Assembly: GCA_017654855.1 (NCBI GenBank)
Contig: CM030332.1
Location: 4,340,001 to 4,404,000 of the forward strand
Source: Podospora anserina
Lineage: Eukaryota
Direction of reading: 5' to 3'
DNA length: 64,000 nucleotides
A program made the translations under genes and the position numbers. The notes beneath the pieces are model-generated. The model was not told the DNA's origin and ran no database searches. It worked only from the letters and a program-made list of their open reading frames with translations. Position 1 is the first letter of the stretch, and the number at the start of each line of letters is the position of its first letter. This document shows positions 1 through 11,856 of the stretch, in pieces.

Positions 1-2829
1 CCATCACAGGTGACTAAGAGTCGCCCATTTCGCGCTGACCTGCCCCCAGAGATACCCACTCATCATGAACTCAATGACTGTGAGCTTTCAACATGGGTCT
101 ATCCGTTGAACTTGGGCCCAATTCGAGACTACCAGTTTACCATTGTCAACAGTGCTCTGTTCAACAACACACTTGTGGCTCTGCCCACCGGTCTGGGCAA
201 AACTTTCATCGCCGCCACGGTTATGCTCAATTTCTATCGATGGACCAAACGAGGGAAAATCGTATTCGTCGCACCCACCAAACCCTTGGCATCCCAGCAG
301 GTCAAGGCTTGTCTCGACGTTGCGGGCATCCCACGGTCCGAGGCAACACTCCTAACAGGAGAGACGGCTCCGGCTTTACGTGAGGCTGAATGGGAGACCA
401 AGCGGCTATTTTTTATGACGCCGCAAACACTTCAAAATGATTTGTCTAAAGGCTACGCAGATCCAAAGTCGGTTGTTCTTCTGGTAGTCGATGAAGCCCA
501 TCGAGCCACAGGCGACTACGCCTACGTGAAAGTAATAGAATTCCTCCGCCGATTCTCACAGAGTTTCAGGGTTCTTGCACTTACGGCAACTCCCGGATCC
601 TCCGTGGAAGGCGTCCAAAATGTCATTGATAATCTCGGTATCTCCCACATCGAAATCAGAACAGAAGAGTCTTTGGATATTCGACAATACGTTCACTCGA
701 GAGACACCAACACTATTATACTCGACCCATCCGACGAGATGATGGAAGTGAGAGGCCTCTTTTCCAAAGCCCTCCAGCCTCTGGTCGACAAGTTGAGCGC
801 CCAGAATATTTACTTTGGAAGGGATCCCATGAGTCTGACTACCTATGGCCTGATGAAATCGAGAAGTGACTGGCTTGCCGGAGCTGGCAGACACGCAAAC
901 CAGGGATTAAAGTTTGCCATGTTCGCCGTGTTCAGCATTCTTCAGAGCCTGGCGCACTCGATAAAGTTGTTAAATTTCCACGGGATCAAGCCATTTTATC
1001 ACAACCTGTTGGAGTTTCGCAATTCGGAGGAGGAAAAGGGGGGAAAGGGTTCCAGCATGAGGCGGCAGGTCATCAATGACGAAAGCTTCAAAAAGATGAT
1101 GACCATGATCGAGAAATGGATGAAATTGGACGGCTTCAGTGGGCATCCCAAGCTGGATTGTCTCTGCGAGACTCTTATGCATCACTTTATGGATGCCGGG
1201 GAAGGGTCCAGCACAAGAGTCATCGTCTTCAGCGAGTATCGGGACAGCGCCGAGGAGATTGTGCGAGTTTTAAACAGCAAGCCTTTGATCAGCGCCACAG
1301 TCTTTGTGGGTCAAGCAGATTCCAAGAGAAGTGAAGGTATGAAGCAAAAGCAGCAGATTGAAACGATTGAGAAGTTCAAGAACGGCCAGTACAATGTTCT
1401 CGTCGCCACATCCATCGGCGAAGAAGGTCTCGACATTGGCCAAGTTGATCTTATCGTCTGTTATGACGCGTCATCCTCTCCGATCCGCATGTTGCAGCGA
1501 ATGGGACGCACGGGGAGAAAGAGAGCAGGCAAAATTGTGCTTCTCTTGATGAAGGGAAAGGAACAGGAGAAGTTTTTGGAGGCGAAGGACAACTACGCAA
1601 GAATGCAGCAGCTCATCTGTGATGGCGATAGTTTCAACTTCCGGCATGACCTATCTACGCGAATTATCCCAAGAGATATAAAGCCAGAAGTTGATAAGCG
1701 CATGGTGGAGATACCGATTGAGAACACACAGGATCCCTCCCTGCCTGAGCCTAAGAAAGCAGGAGCGCGGAAGAAAGCATCGAAGAAAAAGTTCAACATG
1801 CCCGATGGTGTAGAGACTGGGTTCGTCAAGGCATCCGATTTCTTTGGGAAAGCAGCTGCCAAAAAAACAGCACCACCCAAACCGGTCGAGCCGCAGGAGA
1901 CTGACGAGATCGCGGAACCACCTCCTCTTGGAAAGGTCGTTTTGAGCAAAGCGCAGATCGAGGAATTGGACAGACGGTATCGGAGTCTGCCAGGAAACGC
2001 AAATGCCGAGGTTGGGCCTATCGATTTTGGTGGTCATTCTCAGAGGTTCCTGCGGCCAACATCCCTTGTGAGACATGGCAAGAAGACAAAACGATTTGTC
2101 AAGCTGATGAAAAAGTTGGGAGACAGCCAGGACCCCTTCGAAAAGTTCACAGCACCATATGGAGATACTGACATGTCTAACTGGGGGGATCTTCCAGTCC
2201 CCATCTTTGCGTCAGATACGGACGCTTCTGAAGAAGAAGACTCAACTGGAACAGGGACGGGTGGCAACCGAGGCAAAAAGCGCAAAGTGCTTGCAGCAAG
2301 GCCTGATGAGGAAAGCGAAGAGGAAGATGGGGACGGATTGGAGACTGCTTCACCTCCAGCCCGCAAGAGGAGTGCTGGAGGCAAGAAGGCAGCAAAGAGG
2401 AAAGGCCGGGTGGCGCGGAAACTGGACGAAATAGGGGATGACTGTATGCGGACGAGTGATATGGAGATTACGGATGGGTCAGACGATGGTGCCGACCTAG
2501 AAGATTTTGTTGTCGACGATGATGCGGACCTGTTCGGCTCGAGTGCCAATCAAAAGTCAAAGTCGAGGACACCTGGCTCTGCAAAGAAGCAGCCGTCAGC
2601 AGAAGAAAAACCTTTCTTCGAACCCATGGATTTTACTGCGACGCAGGATTCAGATGAGGAGATGCCGGATATCACGGAGCTGCTGAAGTCGTCGGTGAAG
2701 AAAACGAAGCATAGCATGGCGGCGACAGCTTTTGGCACAGAGGGTAAGGAGGATCTGTCGTCGGAGCCGACGACGCCACGGAAGAAGAAAAGGCGGATCT
2801 TTGTTGCTGACAGTGATGATGATGAGTGA
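1..2829 (+). CDS. MPH1: ATP-dependent DNA helicase Mph1/FANCM (5'-truncated by window edge)
   Basis: SF2 motifs [37 protein letters not shown]; frame is open back to base 1; acidic low-complexity C-terminus. Confidence 0.95.
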   Translation, partial: PSQVTKSRPFRADLPPEIPTHHELNDCELSTWVYPLNLGPIRDYQFTIVNSALFNNTLVALPTGLGKTFIAATVMLNFYRWTKRGKIVFVAPTKPLASQQVKACLDVAGIPRSEATLLTGETAPALREAEWETKRLFFMTPQTLQNDLSKGYADPKSVVLLVVDEAHRATGDYAYVKVIEFLRRFSQSFRVLALTATPGSSVEGVQNVIDNLGISHIEIRTEESLDIRQYVHSRDTNTIILDPSDEMMEVRGLFSKALQPLVDKLSAQNIYFGRDPMSLTTYGLMKSRSDWLAGAGRHANQGLKFAMFAVFSILQSLAHSIKLLNFHGIKPFYHNLLEFRNSEEEKGGKGSSMRRQVINDESFKKMMTMIEKWMKLDGFSGHPKLDCLCETLMHHFMDAGEGSSTRVIVFSEYRDSAEEIVRVLNSKPLISATVFVGQADSKRSEGMKQKQQIETIEKFKNGQYNVLVATSIGEEGLDIGQVDLIVCYDASSSPIRMLQRMGRTGRKRAGKIVLLLMKGKEQEKFLEAKDNYARMQQLICDGDSFNFRHDLSTRIIPRDIKPEVDKRMVEIPIENTQDPSLPEPKKAGARKKASKKKFNMPDGVETGFVKASDFFGKAAAKKTAPPKPVEPQETDEIAEPPPLGKVVLSKAQIEELDRRYRSLPGNANAEVGPIDFGGHSQRFLRPTSLVRHGKKTKRFVKLMKKLGDSQDPFEKFTAPYGDTDMSNWGDLPVPIFASDTDASEEEDSTGTGTGGNRGKKRKVLAARPDEESEEEDGDGLETASPPARKRSAGGKKAAKRKGRVARKLDEIGDDCMRTSDMEITDGSDDGADLEDFVVDDDADLFGSSANQKSKSRTPGSAKKQPSAEEKPFFEPMDFTATQDSDEEMPDITELLKSSVKKTKHSMAATAFGTEGKEDLSSEPTTPRKKKRRIFVADSDDDE

Positions 2830-3052
2830 GCCTCTCGATGGTTGGATGGGGTGGCATTTTTACAAGTATATGAAGCATTGGATTACAGACACGTGAAGAA
2901 AACTGAAATTAGAGCAAATTCCCAGAATATATTTTTGGGATTATATGATCTTAAATATAACCATCCCAGAGCAAGTTGTGTTTACCTATGTCACTACTAT
3001 CTCGTTAACCCTTTCCCCCTCTATCGTACAACAATAAGGTATACCTCACCCA

Positions 3053-4046
3053 TCAAACACAAACCAGTCTCCTTGCGGTGTTCAACACAGGAGGAGGGAA
3101 ATACCTCTCCTTGCAAGGCCTGTATCTCCCCGGGACAAGAGAAACCTCCCTCCCACCTACAATCCTGATCTCCCCCCATTGGCCTCCCCCTGCACGGTTC
3201 AACCGCCGCCTCTTGACCTCGATCTCGCCTAACCTTTCAGCGATGGCAAAGAGATCGTAACCTTCCTTTCCTACATCGAATAATTCCCTCTGGCTCTTGA
3301 CGAAATTCTCCAGCACCCACCTCTGGCTTTTGGTCAGAGAGGAGGAGGAGGTGTGTTTGTGGATGCCGTGCCAGGTCATCTTGTTGAGCTGGGCTGCCAG
3401 GCAGGGGTTTTTGGCTGGGAGGTCGAGGCGGACTTTGTGGTGTTTAGTTAGGAGGTTGAGGAGGGGTTGTTTGGGGGAGGAGGGGGAAGGTTTTGAGTTG
3501 GGAGAGGGGGGAGAGGGCTATGGGGGAGGTGTAGTGGGTGTAATTAGGGTGGGAGGTGGTGCAGGTTTTGGACTTGGAGGGGGTTGGGGATCGTCTGTGG
3601 TAGTGGTAGACTAGCTTTGGGGTGGAGCGGATTGCTGTTGTGGCGGTGGTTGTGGGTTGCTGAGATACACCGCGGTAGGATGGGGTGTTGTCTGCCACGG
3701 GGTTGGGGCGAGAGAGGGAGTGGGTTGTGATCTCACTGTGGTGGTTCGTGCCTGATTGCTTTTGGACGGAGCTGCTTGGGTTACTCTTGCGGGTGTTGAC
3801 AGCAGGTGTTATTGACTTTTTGGCCTGTTTCAAAGCGTCAGTCTTTGCTGCCTCCAGTTTCTCTAGAATGTCAGTGTTACCGTGAAGGTATGAAACTGTT
3901 TCGAAATAAAAATGGGGAGTAGGGCAAGAGTAAGTGGACCTACCGTGCGTATTTATTGAGCCTCTCTCTGGCAGTTGTTGTTTGGCAGTCGACTTGTTGT
4001 CTTTACCTGACGCCCAGCGTCTCAGACTCAAGAAGGTGAATGCCAT
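3053..4046 (-). CDS. Hypothetical protein with one intron and an apparent 1-nt frameshift
   Basis: ATG at 4046; GTAGGT...CTGAC...TAG intron ~3943-3863; frame stops at 3444 but a second frame continues (KQPLLNLLTKHHKVRL...MTWHGIHK) to 3053. Confidence 0.4.
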
Positions 4047-7000
4047 TGTTGTCCAGGGCCGGTGTGTGTGTTATTCCGAGCCAACCAACAACCTACTCAA
4101 AAGAAATCCAACAAACCCTTCTGCCAAAGAAACAACCGAAACAGGACAGCCGTCAAGACAGAATCTCAGTTTTGGTGTTCAATGGGTGCAGATGGGGATG
4201 GGAGTGGAGGTTCCTCCACAACCAACTCATGAGGGGCCCAACTTCTTAAATACGACGTTTTAATCGAGCAGCTCGATGTCAGAACAATGCATTGTTGCGA
4301 ATGACAAAACAATGGACAAAGAAAACTAGCCAAATTTATTGTCATTAATGGTCCTGCCAACCGCCCGGCAACAACAACTCATCCATTGTCGAAGCATCCA
4401 AGCTATGCACCTCAGATACCGTTCCAATGAGATTTCAATATGTCTGAGTGAGTGTGTATTTGTACAAAAGTTTTCAGCTGCTGAATGGCCCTGCAGAGAT
4501 ATGTTGATATGGTTATTGTAGGATAAGGGTCATGCTGAACATAGTGCTAAACCACATCAAAGACAACAGTGTGTCCTAAGCTAAACAGTGAAAATCTATA
4601 AATAATGCTGCTGCGAACTACCGATTTGGACAACAGTATTGTAGAACTCTTTCTTTATCTGAAAACCTCAATCATAGTTTTCCACAGTAGACCTCCAAAG
4701 ATGACCGGAAGAAGAAAAACTGGGACCACTGACGACACACCACGCCCTGCTCAGGAAGAGTGTAGCTGTGGACATTGATCTAATGCCTTAACTCAGGCGA
4801 CGGAAACATCAGCAGCACTCCAACGGGAGATACCTGAGTCGGGTCCTGACTGTTCTGGGACATGTCCAGACAAGCCACAGGAATCTACTCACGAGAAGCC
4901 GGCTTATCTCCCACACCCCCATAGACTTTGGCCTGCCCCCGAACACGGTTCAGTATCGATGGGAAATTTCCGGTTCGGTTAGACAACAACCACGGCCTCG
5001 GCAGCTGCATCACCAAAATCAACATCAGCAGCAGCCTGAAGCAGCATCAGACGCAGCGTCCATGGTCAACTACACAACTGCGCCTTATTATCAAATCACA
5101 CATGAACAAAACAAGCCACAGAACCGGTAACCACCAAAGAGCTCCGGTTTATCCTACTATCATCAACACCTTAGGCATCACTCCTTCTCCCACTCCGAGA
5201 CGTCCAACGAGCCAGCACCTCTAGGCTGTAGCCGAAACCACTTGGTTGGCGTCGCCAGTGCTGTCAGATCTGGAGTGATATCCGGCTGCAATCTCCGGTA
5301 TATCGTCAGATTGGGCAAAGTAGGGTAGGTTCGTAGTAATGCTATCCTCGTGCTGGGTTGAGCATGCTCACATCTTCTTGGCGTTGCTCTTTGATCAAAC
5401 AACACCATTAATAGCCACGCCTCCGGTGGCAGAGCCGCATGGCAAAGGAGGCTCGAGGATGAATCCGGGGGCTGTTAGGAACTTGTGGGCAGTATGGGAG
5501 GGAGACCTTCCCCGGCACCTGGGCCATAAGCTTGTTGGAGGTGGTGATCAGACCAGGCAACTTCATTAACTTCCTCCCAATGAAGACTTTGGTAGCTTGA
5601 CAAATATCCCAATGAAGACATATCTTGTCCCAGAACAGTGGATCGCGAAACGATGATCCTAGGTTGCATCCTTCCGAAGGGTGGTCGTGAATGTCATGGC
5701 CCTCCTTTTCACGCCACTTTCTCTTTTTTTCTGTTGCCTGACCCCCACGGTCGTGCTGTTTGCTCGTTATGAGAACTTTCAGAAACTAGACTAGAATAGA
5801 TTTTGGCTACATATTGCAAGACAGCAATATGCCAGAGTCCTGCCACACCGAACAACAGCATTACCCCGCTTGCGGCTCTTCTTGAAATGTGAATTTGTTG
5901 GCGAGCGAGGAAAGGGAGAGAGAATATTTGCCTTGTCTTGCACAAGGCCTTTGCAGAACGGGCTCGCCACAGGTCGTCCAGTCGTTGACGGACGCGGCAG
6001 TCATACGAAGCATGACGAAAAAGAATACAGAAGCCTAAGCGGGAACAATATACTGCGGGGGAAGTTGCATCAACGTTGAGGCTCCCGTTTCTCTAGCATC
6101 CCATTGGTAGACCTGGGAGATGTTGAGTAATCAAGATGTTCGACTGTGTTTGTCGATGGGATGGTGTCTGTGCCATGCGACGTGGATGTTCCCCAATCGC
6201 CTCGCTTGGATGGATGGAGAGCTTGGGAGAATGGGGATGGGAACGAGTGGGACGACGAGGGGGATGATGACGGGGCCACTGGCGGCTTTGGCATTGGCTC
6301 GTGCCGGCCATCCCCAGTAATCCCCAGACCGCTCCGTGGCCTGTGTCCTTGCCCAAGGCGAGCCAAGCATATCTATCAGCCCTACAGGAACCTGAGCGGA
6401 GACGGTGGGAAGCGGGCTTGGAATCTGCTGCAGCACAGCATCTGCATCTGTCCTTCTGGTGCCCTTCACGCCCTCTGGCCGACAGCTTCTGCGCACGTCC
6501 GTAACATTCCCATCCAGCCTATGCTGTCCCGATGTACTGATGTAGCCATCCAATGCAATGTTTGTCAGTCATCCGGTCATCTGAGTCCTGGTATGTTATC
6601 GAGAGGTTGGGGGCCGCATCTTCACGTTTGAGTGGGCGATGGCTTGAGCCGCAATGCCGCATTCTGCTTCAGGTTTCTGGCTTTCTCGCCATGTTGCTTG
6701 CCGTCATTGGCTGGCAAGGAACCTGCATCTGTGAGTCCTGGAGATTCAGATTGCGAGACGTTGCAGCCCACTGGTGGCTGAGCTGTGGGGTTCGGCAAGC
6801 TCGATGAACGGACCACCGCTTATTCGTGGTGGAGGTGTCCACTTGTCTATGGTGATATCAGTTGGGTTCGTGAGGAGGTTGTGGAGCAGACGAGATTGCA
6901 GAGATAATGCTGTTTGATGAGAGATGGGCGGCGCAGACGTTTAGATCTCGAGCCGAACAGGTCGCTGATGACAAGCGGCGGTTGAAATGAAAGCTCTGCA

Positions 7001-8164
7001 CGGCACAGCAACAGCTCATCTGCGACTCTGCAACTCTGCGACACCGCGAAAGCGACAAGCCACAGACATCAAAGGGCGGTTCCTGTGGCCCCTGAATGTT
7101 CCTGCGCATTGTCGCCCGGAACGCTGGGATGACCTCTCCCGTTGCCATACCCCTTTTGATTGCCCTCATGACAGCCAAAAAGACCCATCGGGTTTTCCTT
7201 GATGGTTTCTCTAAAGACGACGAAACGGTTGACGTGTTTATTGTGATTGAGTGAAAGGGACTTCGTCATGACCTGCGCGGCCGAGACTGATATCGAGGGG
7301 GGAAATCTGTCTGCCTCAGTGATGCGAGAGCGAGAGGGCCCAGAGTCGGGTATGTTAGCGCAAGACCTGTACAAATGCCGACTGTTAGGGTTTGTTGCAG
7401 CGAGGGTCCTGCGAGGGGAAGCGGTGTGTTAGCAAGACATTTGTCCCGCATTAACAGCACCACGCCAAACGATACCAACTGGAACCGTGCAGCAGCTATC
7501 GTTACTGGGAGAGGGTGGCATTGGGGGCATTGGGAACGAGTGGTGGCATTGGATGCTTTTTCGGCGACACAATTGGAAAGGATTCAGGGCTGGCCAATCA
7601 GATAGGTCTGCTGCGCCCTGCCTCAGACCCACATCTTGCCAGGGACCCTAGTCGGCACAGCAGGCAGCAGCGTCCAAAAGGCTCCACGCATTTCTCATCA
7701 TCCCTTCGGTCCCCAACGACAGTCCTCGTCCACGTCCTCAGAACCCGGGCCCCTTCTCGCGACAAACCTCTCTTTCTTCCCCATCTCATTCCATCCCATC
7801 CCATTCATCCCATCCCATTTATCCCATCATCTGTTTTTATCGGCAGAAAACCTCTGCCCCAGACAACCTCAGGCCACCATCCACCGTCAACGGGCCGCTC
7901 TCCTTGGCTTGCTGTGTAAGGCGTTGCTGAGCTAAGACCATTACACCGGCCGCCCATTTACCACCGCGTCTGCCCACTCCCATCGCCCCTTTGTCATAGG
8001 ACCCCGTTCCCCTTCAGCCGTCGTCTTCTTCCTTACATAACGCCCTTCCTTTGAACACCTTCCTGCGACCGACACATCCGCCGTCGTTGTGACGCCAGGT
8101 CCTGGATTCCATTGCGAGCTTGCTGTCCCTGGCGCCTCCTCTACAACCTTCGTCATTCACACAG

Positions 8165-8439
8165 GTAAGGACCTAGAACCCCCTCCCCTTCCCTCTCATC
8201 TTCTTCCCTTCTCTATCTAGCTCCAGTCCACGTCGGTCTGGGCATCGTGACATCTGGCTGCAACTCGTCTGGGTATTGGCCAATCCCGCCCTCGAACACA
8301 AAGTCCTATCTACAGAAAGTGCGCGTGGTAGATCGCTGCATTCGGAATATCCTGCTTCTGTGACTCACATCCTCTCGTCTCTCAGCCTTACAATGGAATA
8401 CATTGCATGATTGAAAACTGACAAGAGGACCTGCCACAG
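8165..8439 (+). other. 5'-UTR intron of ACE1/SltA gene
   Basis: AG|GTAAGG donor, CTGAC branch, CACAG acceptor upstream of ATG 8497. Confidence 0.55.
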
Positions 8440-8496
8440 TGCTCTATCTCGCGCTCTCTCAAAAGACCCGGGTTTCACCCCGCATCTACCGCAGCC

Positions 8497-10839
8497 ATGT
8501 CCTCCAACCCCCGTAGGACGCCGATGACTCGGCCGGACTCGAGAGGCCTTTCTCTTAAGACCAACACCCTCCAGAAGGGAGCGACCTTTCACTCTCCCAC
8601 GAGTCCTACCTCGACCACAGAGAACGTCTTTAGACCACCATCTCTGCCACGCCGATCGCAGTCGAACCTGGACGATGTCATTGATTCCCATCGCCGCCGT
8701 GCCGCCTTGACCTTGGACGAGTTTGATAGAACGCTTGCCGGTCTTTCCATCAGCGACTCGCCTTCCTCAGCGGCTGCGCGCAAGATTCTTCGCGAAGACA
8801 GCCCGCCCATTCCCCGTGGAATTCTCAACCACACCTTGGATACTGTCATGGCCAAGGGGAAGGAGGTGGAACGCAAAGTACTGCGCCCTCGCACTCGCCG
8901 AACTTCTCGACATCACGACTCCGACAGCGGTCTCGGCACCTCTATTGCTTCCACTAACGAAAAAATTGCTGCGAAGGAGCAAACAGTCGCAAAGACCACT
9001 GCTGTCACTAGATCTGCCGCCGCCACTCGCACGACCACAACTACCACCACACAAGTGCTCGGTCAGCGTGCCAACAACCGCATTTGCGAACACACACTCA
9101 AGCCACTCCTTGGCAAGCCGGAATTCAAGGATTTCCACCCGCTTCTGCTGGAGTGCCCAAAGAAAATTCAAGACAAGGAGATCGTCTGCCTTAGAGATCT
9201 TGAGAAGACACTTCTTCTTGTCGCACCAGTGAGTGATTTCGAGAACGACACTGCCACCAAGAGTGATACTTACCGTGTTTTACTCTCAAAGGAGAGAACC
9301 AAATCTGCTGGCCTGTATCTCGACTTCTGCCTGACCACCATTCAGTGCATCCAGGCCACTGTTGAGTACCTCAGCGACCGTGAGCAGACTCGGCCACGCG
9401 ACGTGCCGTATAGCAGCGGCTATTTTATCGACCTGGTTGATCAGATCCGCCACTACGCCCAGCAACTTTCCGAGGCCAAAGAGAAGGGAGAGAACGACGA
9501 GATGGATGTTGATCCGTATGGCTGCTCCACTGTACACGAACTGATTGTGCCGCTTGCTAACTGGTATTTTAGCACTGACGAGATCAAACTGCACGGTGGA
9601 ATCCACATCAACGGCCGCCCCGCCGAGCTGGTTCGCATCAAGAAGAACGGCAAAATGATTTCCATGGCTACCGGCGAACCTATCGAGTCGATTGAGGAAG
9701 AGAGCAGCGGCGCGGTCAGGATTAAGCGCTCGGCCAGTGAGGAGCTCGAAGATGAGGAAGAGATCATGCGCTCCATGGCCAGGCGAAAGAAGAATGCTAC
9801 ACCCGAGGAGCTCGCGCCCAAGAAGTGCCGAGAGCACGGCTGCAACAAGGAGTTCAAGCGGCCTTGCGACTTGACCAAGCATGAAAAGACACACTCTCGG
9901 CCCTGGAAGTGTCCCGTCACTACCTGCAAGTACCACGAGTATGGATGGCCAACGGAAAAGGAGATGGATCGCCACCATAACGACAAGCACTCTGCGGCGC
10001 CCCCCATGTTTGAGTGTTATTACAAGCCATGCCCGTACAAGTCCAAGCGGGAATCCAACTGCAAGCAGCACATGGAGAAGGCACATGGCTGGACCTACGT
10101 CCGGACCAAGACCAATGGCAAGAAGCCTGGCTCCAGCATTGCTGGTGGCTCTACCCACCCCACGCCCCAACTTGGCCACATTTCCACCCCCTCGAGCGAC
10201 ATGAGCGCTGGGGTCGCTACTCCTCCTGATGATTGGAGCCACATCTATTCCAGTGGCCTGGAGTTCCCCACCTATATGCCCGACTCTGATTTCGGCATGA
10301 TCCCTCAAGAGCTCCATCTTGAGTACTCTCCGGTTGATAACCCTACTCCTTCCACTGACTCTGGCATGGACCACAGCTCTGCCTACCAGGATATCTCCAC
10401 AGATTTCACACTCTATGAGGATATTTACAGTGCCAATGTGCAGCTCCCTACACCCATGCACGCCAATATCTATGACAAGCCCATGGAACCACAGTTTACC
10501 CCTTTCACCGGTGCCGAACTCTGCCCGCTACCTGCCCAGCTCTCACCCATCGGCCAAGCGAACGCTATGCTCTTCACTCCCACCTCGATGGTCGATGAGG
10601 GTTTCGATGACCAACACGAGCTTGCCGCCATGACCAATATGGCCAGCGGCGGGGACTTCATCCTTTTCCCCAACCAGGCTGGTGTTTCCAAGCCCATGTA
10701 CAATGACTCCCTGTTTGCGACAGATCTCCCGCTCCAGGGCATGGGCACCGGTTACTCTCAGCCTTCCACTCAAGATCTGATTAACGGATTCCACGTTGAC
10801 TGGTCAGCACATGACTTGAGCGCCTACCTTCCTCAGTAA
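8497..10839 (+). CDS. ace1: C2H2 zinc-finger transcription factor ACE1/SltA
   Basis: Three zinc fingers (CREHGC..HEKTH, CPVTTC..HHNDKH, CYYKPC..HMEKAH) preceded by EEIMRSMARRKK; LQKGATFHSP N-terminal motif; introns 9229-9291 and 9516-9572. Confidence 0.9.
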   Translation: MSSNPRRTPMTRPDSRGLSLKTNTLQKGATFHSPTSPTSTTENVFRPPSLPRRSQSNLDDVIDSHRRRAALTLDEFDRTLAGLSISDSPSSAAARKILREDSPPIPRGILNHTLDTVMAKGKEVERKVLRPRTRRTSRHHDSDSGLGTSIASTNEKIAAKEQTVAKTTAVTRSAAATRTTTTTTTQVLGQRANNRICEHTLKPLLGKPEFKDFHPLLLECPKKIQDKEIVCLRDLEKTLLLVAPVSDFENDTATKSDTYRVLLSKERTKSAGLYLDFCLTTIQCIQATVEYLSDREQTRPRDVPYSSGYFIDLVDQIRHYAQQLSEAKEKGENDEMDVDPYGCSTVHELIVPLANWYFSTDEIKLHGGIHINGRPAELVRIKKNGKMISMATGEPIESIEEESSGAVRIKRSASEELEDEEEIMRSMARRKKNATPEELAPKKCREHGCNKEFKRPCDLTKHEKTHSRPWKCPVTTCKYHEYGWPTEKEMDRHHNDKHSAAPPMFECYYKPCPYKSKRESNCKQHMEKAHGWTYVRTKTNGKKPGSSIAGGSTHPTPQLGHISTPSSDMSAGVATPPDDWSHIYSSGLEFPTYMPDSDFGMIPQELHLEYSPVDNPTPSTDSGMDHSSAYQDISTDFTLYEDIYSANVQLPTPMHANIYDKPMEPQFTPFTGAELCPLPAQLSPIGQANAMLFTPTSMVDEGFDDQHELAAMTNMASGGDFILFPNQAGVSKPMYNDSLFATDLPLQGMGTGYSQPSTQDLINGFHVDWSAHDLSAYLPQ

Positions 10840-11856
10840 ATCAGAGGATCCTGCGCGTGGGACTACCAGATCTCGCGAGTAGGCCTGTATATTGGCGTTA
10901 ATGGAAAATTGGAGATTGTTGGGAAATAATTCTCCCGGCCTGTTTGCTGTTTTTTATGATGTAATGAAGTGGGACATTAGCGATTTTGGGATTGGAGAGA
11001 AGAGAAGCTGAGAACGGAACTTCCAGGCAGAATATCTGGGGACGACTCTACTCTTACTCTATTTTTGTATTTTTCCATAGCTGGTTTTGCCTGTTTAATC
11101 GACAGTTGGCCCCCGTTTGGGGTTTTCATACTGCTATACGCATTCCTTTTCTTCCACAAGCAACCAACCACCACCAAGACTGCGAATGTTGGGTCAAAGG
11201 ACTGTGAAGTGGATGGACATAGTTTCAACAATGGCAGGAGACAACGGCCATTCACACCGGCTCTAGGTAGTTTTAGGTAGAGATCATGGCTTTTTATACA
11301 ATAACAAAGAAGCTTGGAACTACTATTTTGTCCACATCCATCACGATGTGTTTCTGTTAGCGGAGAGTGAGGGTGTTATACACAAGCAAGAGGGTGCTTT
11401 TCCGGAGCTAGATACCAGATGTCTTGAACAAGCTCCTCCAACTACCTTATTTCGATTGCCTTTCAGACCTGTTCGGGGTTTAAATAGGCGTCAAAGGACA
11501 ATTGCCAGTATTAAAAAATTATCCAAGGTAGTTATACAGATGCTTTTCAACTCTGTTTACATAGGTGTCGATAAACAGAGCATGTACGGATAGTTTTGTG
11601 GAATTCATTTTGTTATTTCGGAACAGGCGGGAATGATGGTGATGATGGAGATGCCTGGGACTTGTGACCTTGGGGATTCCTTGTTGGTCCCGTAGTAGTT
11701 TCTGGCCTTTTCCCGAGACTGGAACGGGATGGATAGATAGGTAATCATGTGAGTCATTTGGTATAGATACCTATCAAATTACCCCTCATCAACCTTGCCG
11801 CGGCATTCCCGTTTCGAACTTGAACTTGTTTTTGGGGACCGATCCAATCTGTCACA

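Noticed and set aside
4701..5130. Possible small spliced gene (ATG 4701, weak intron, Gln-rich frame to TAA ~5130)
   Set aside because: Poor donor (GTGTAG) and no recognisable domain; cannot be supported without expression data
4100..8100. Many short ORFs upstream of ACE1 (likewise 26-28.4 kb upstream of the Myb gene)
   Set aside because: No domains or coding signature; consistent with long regulatory regions of transcription factor genes
9286..10461. Long antisense ORFs (also 48244-48975, 50460-51269, 55793-56533)
   Set aside because: Shadows of codon-biased sense genes; no independent motifs
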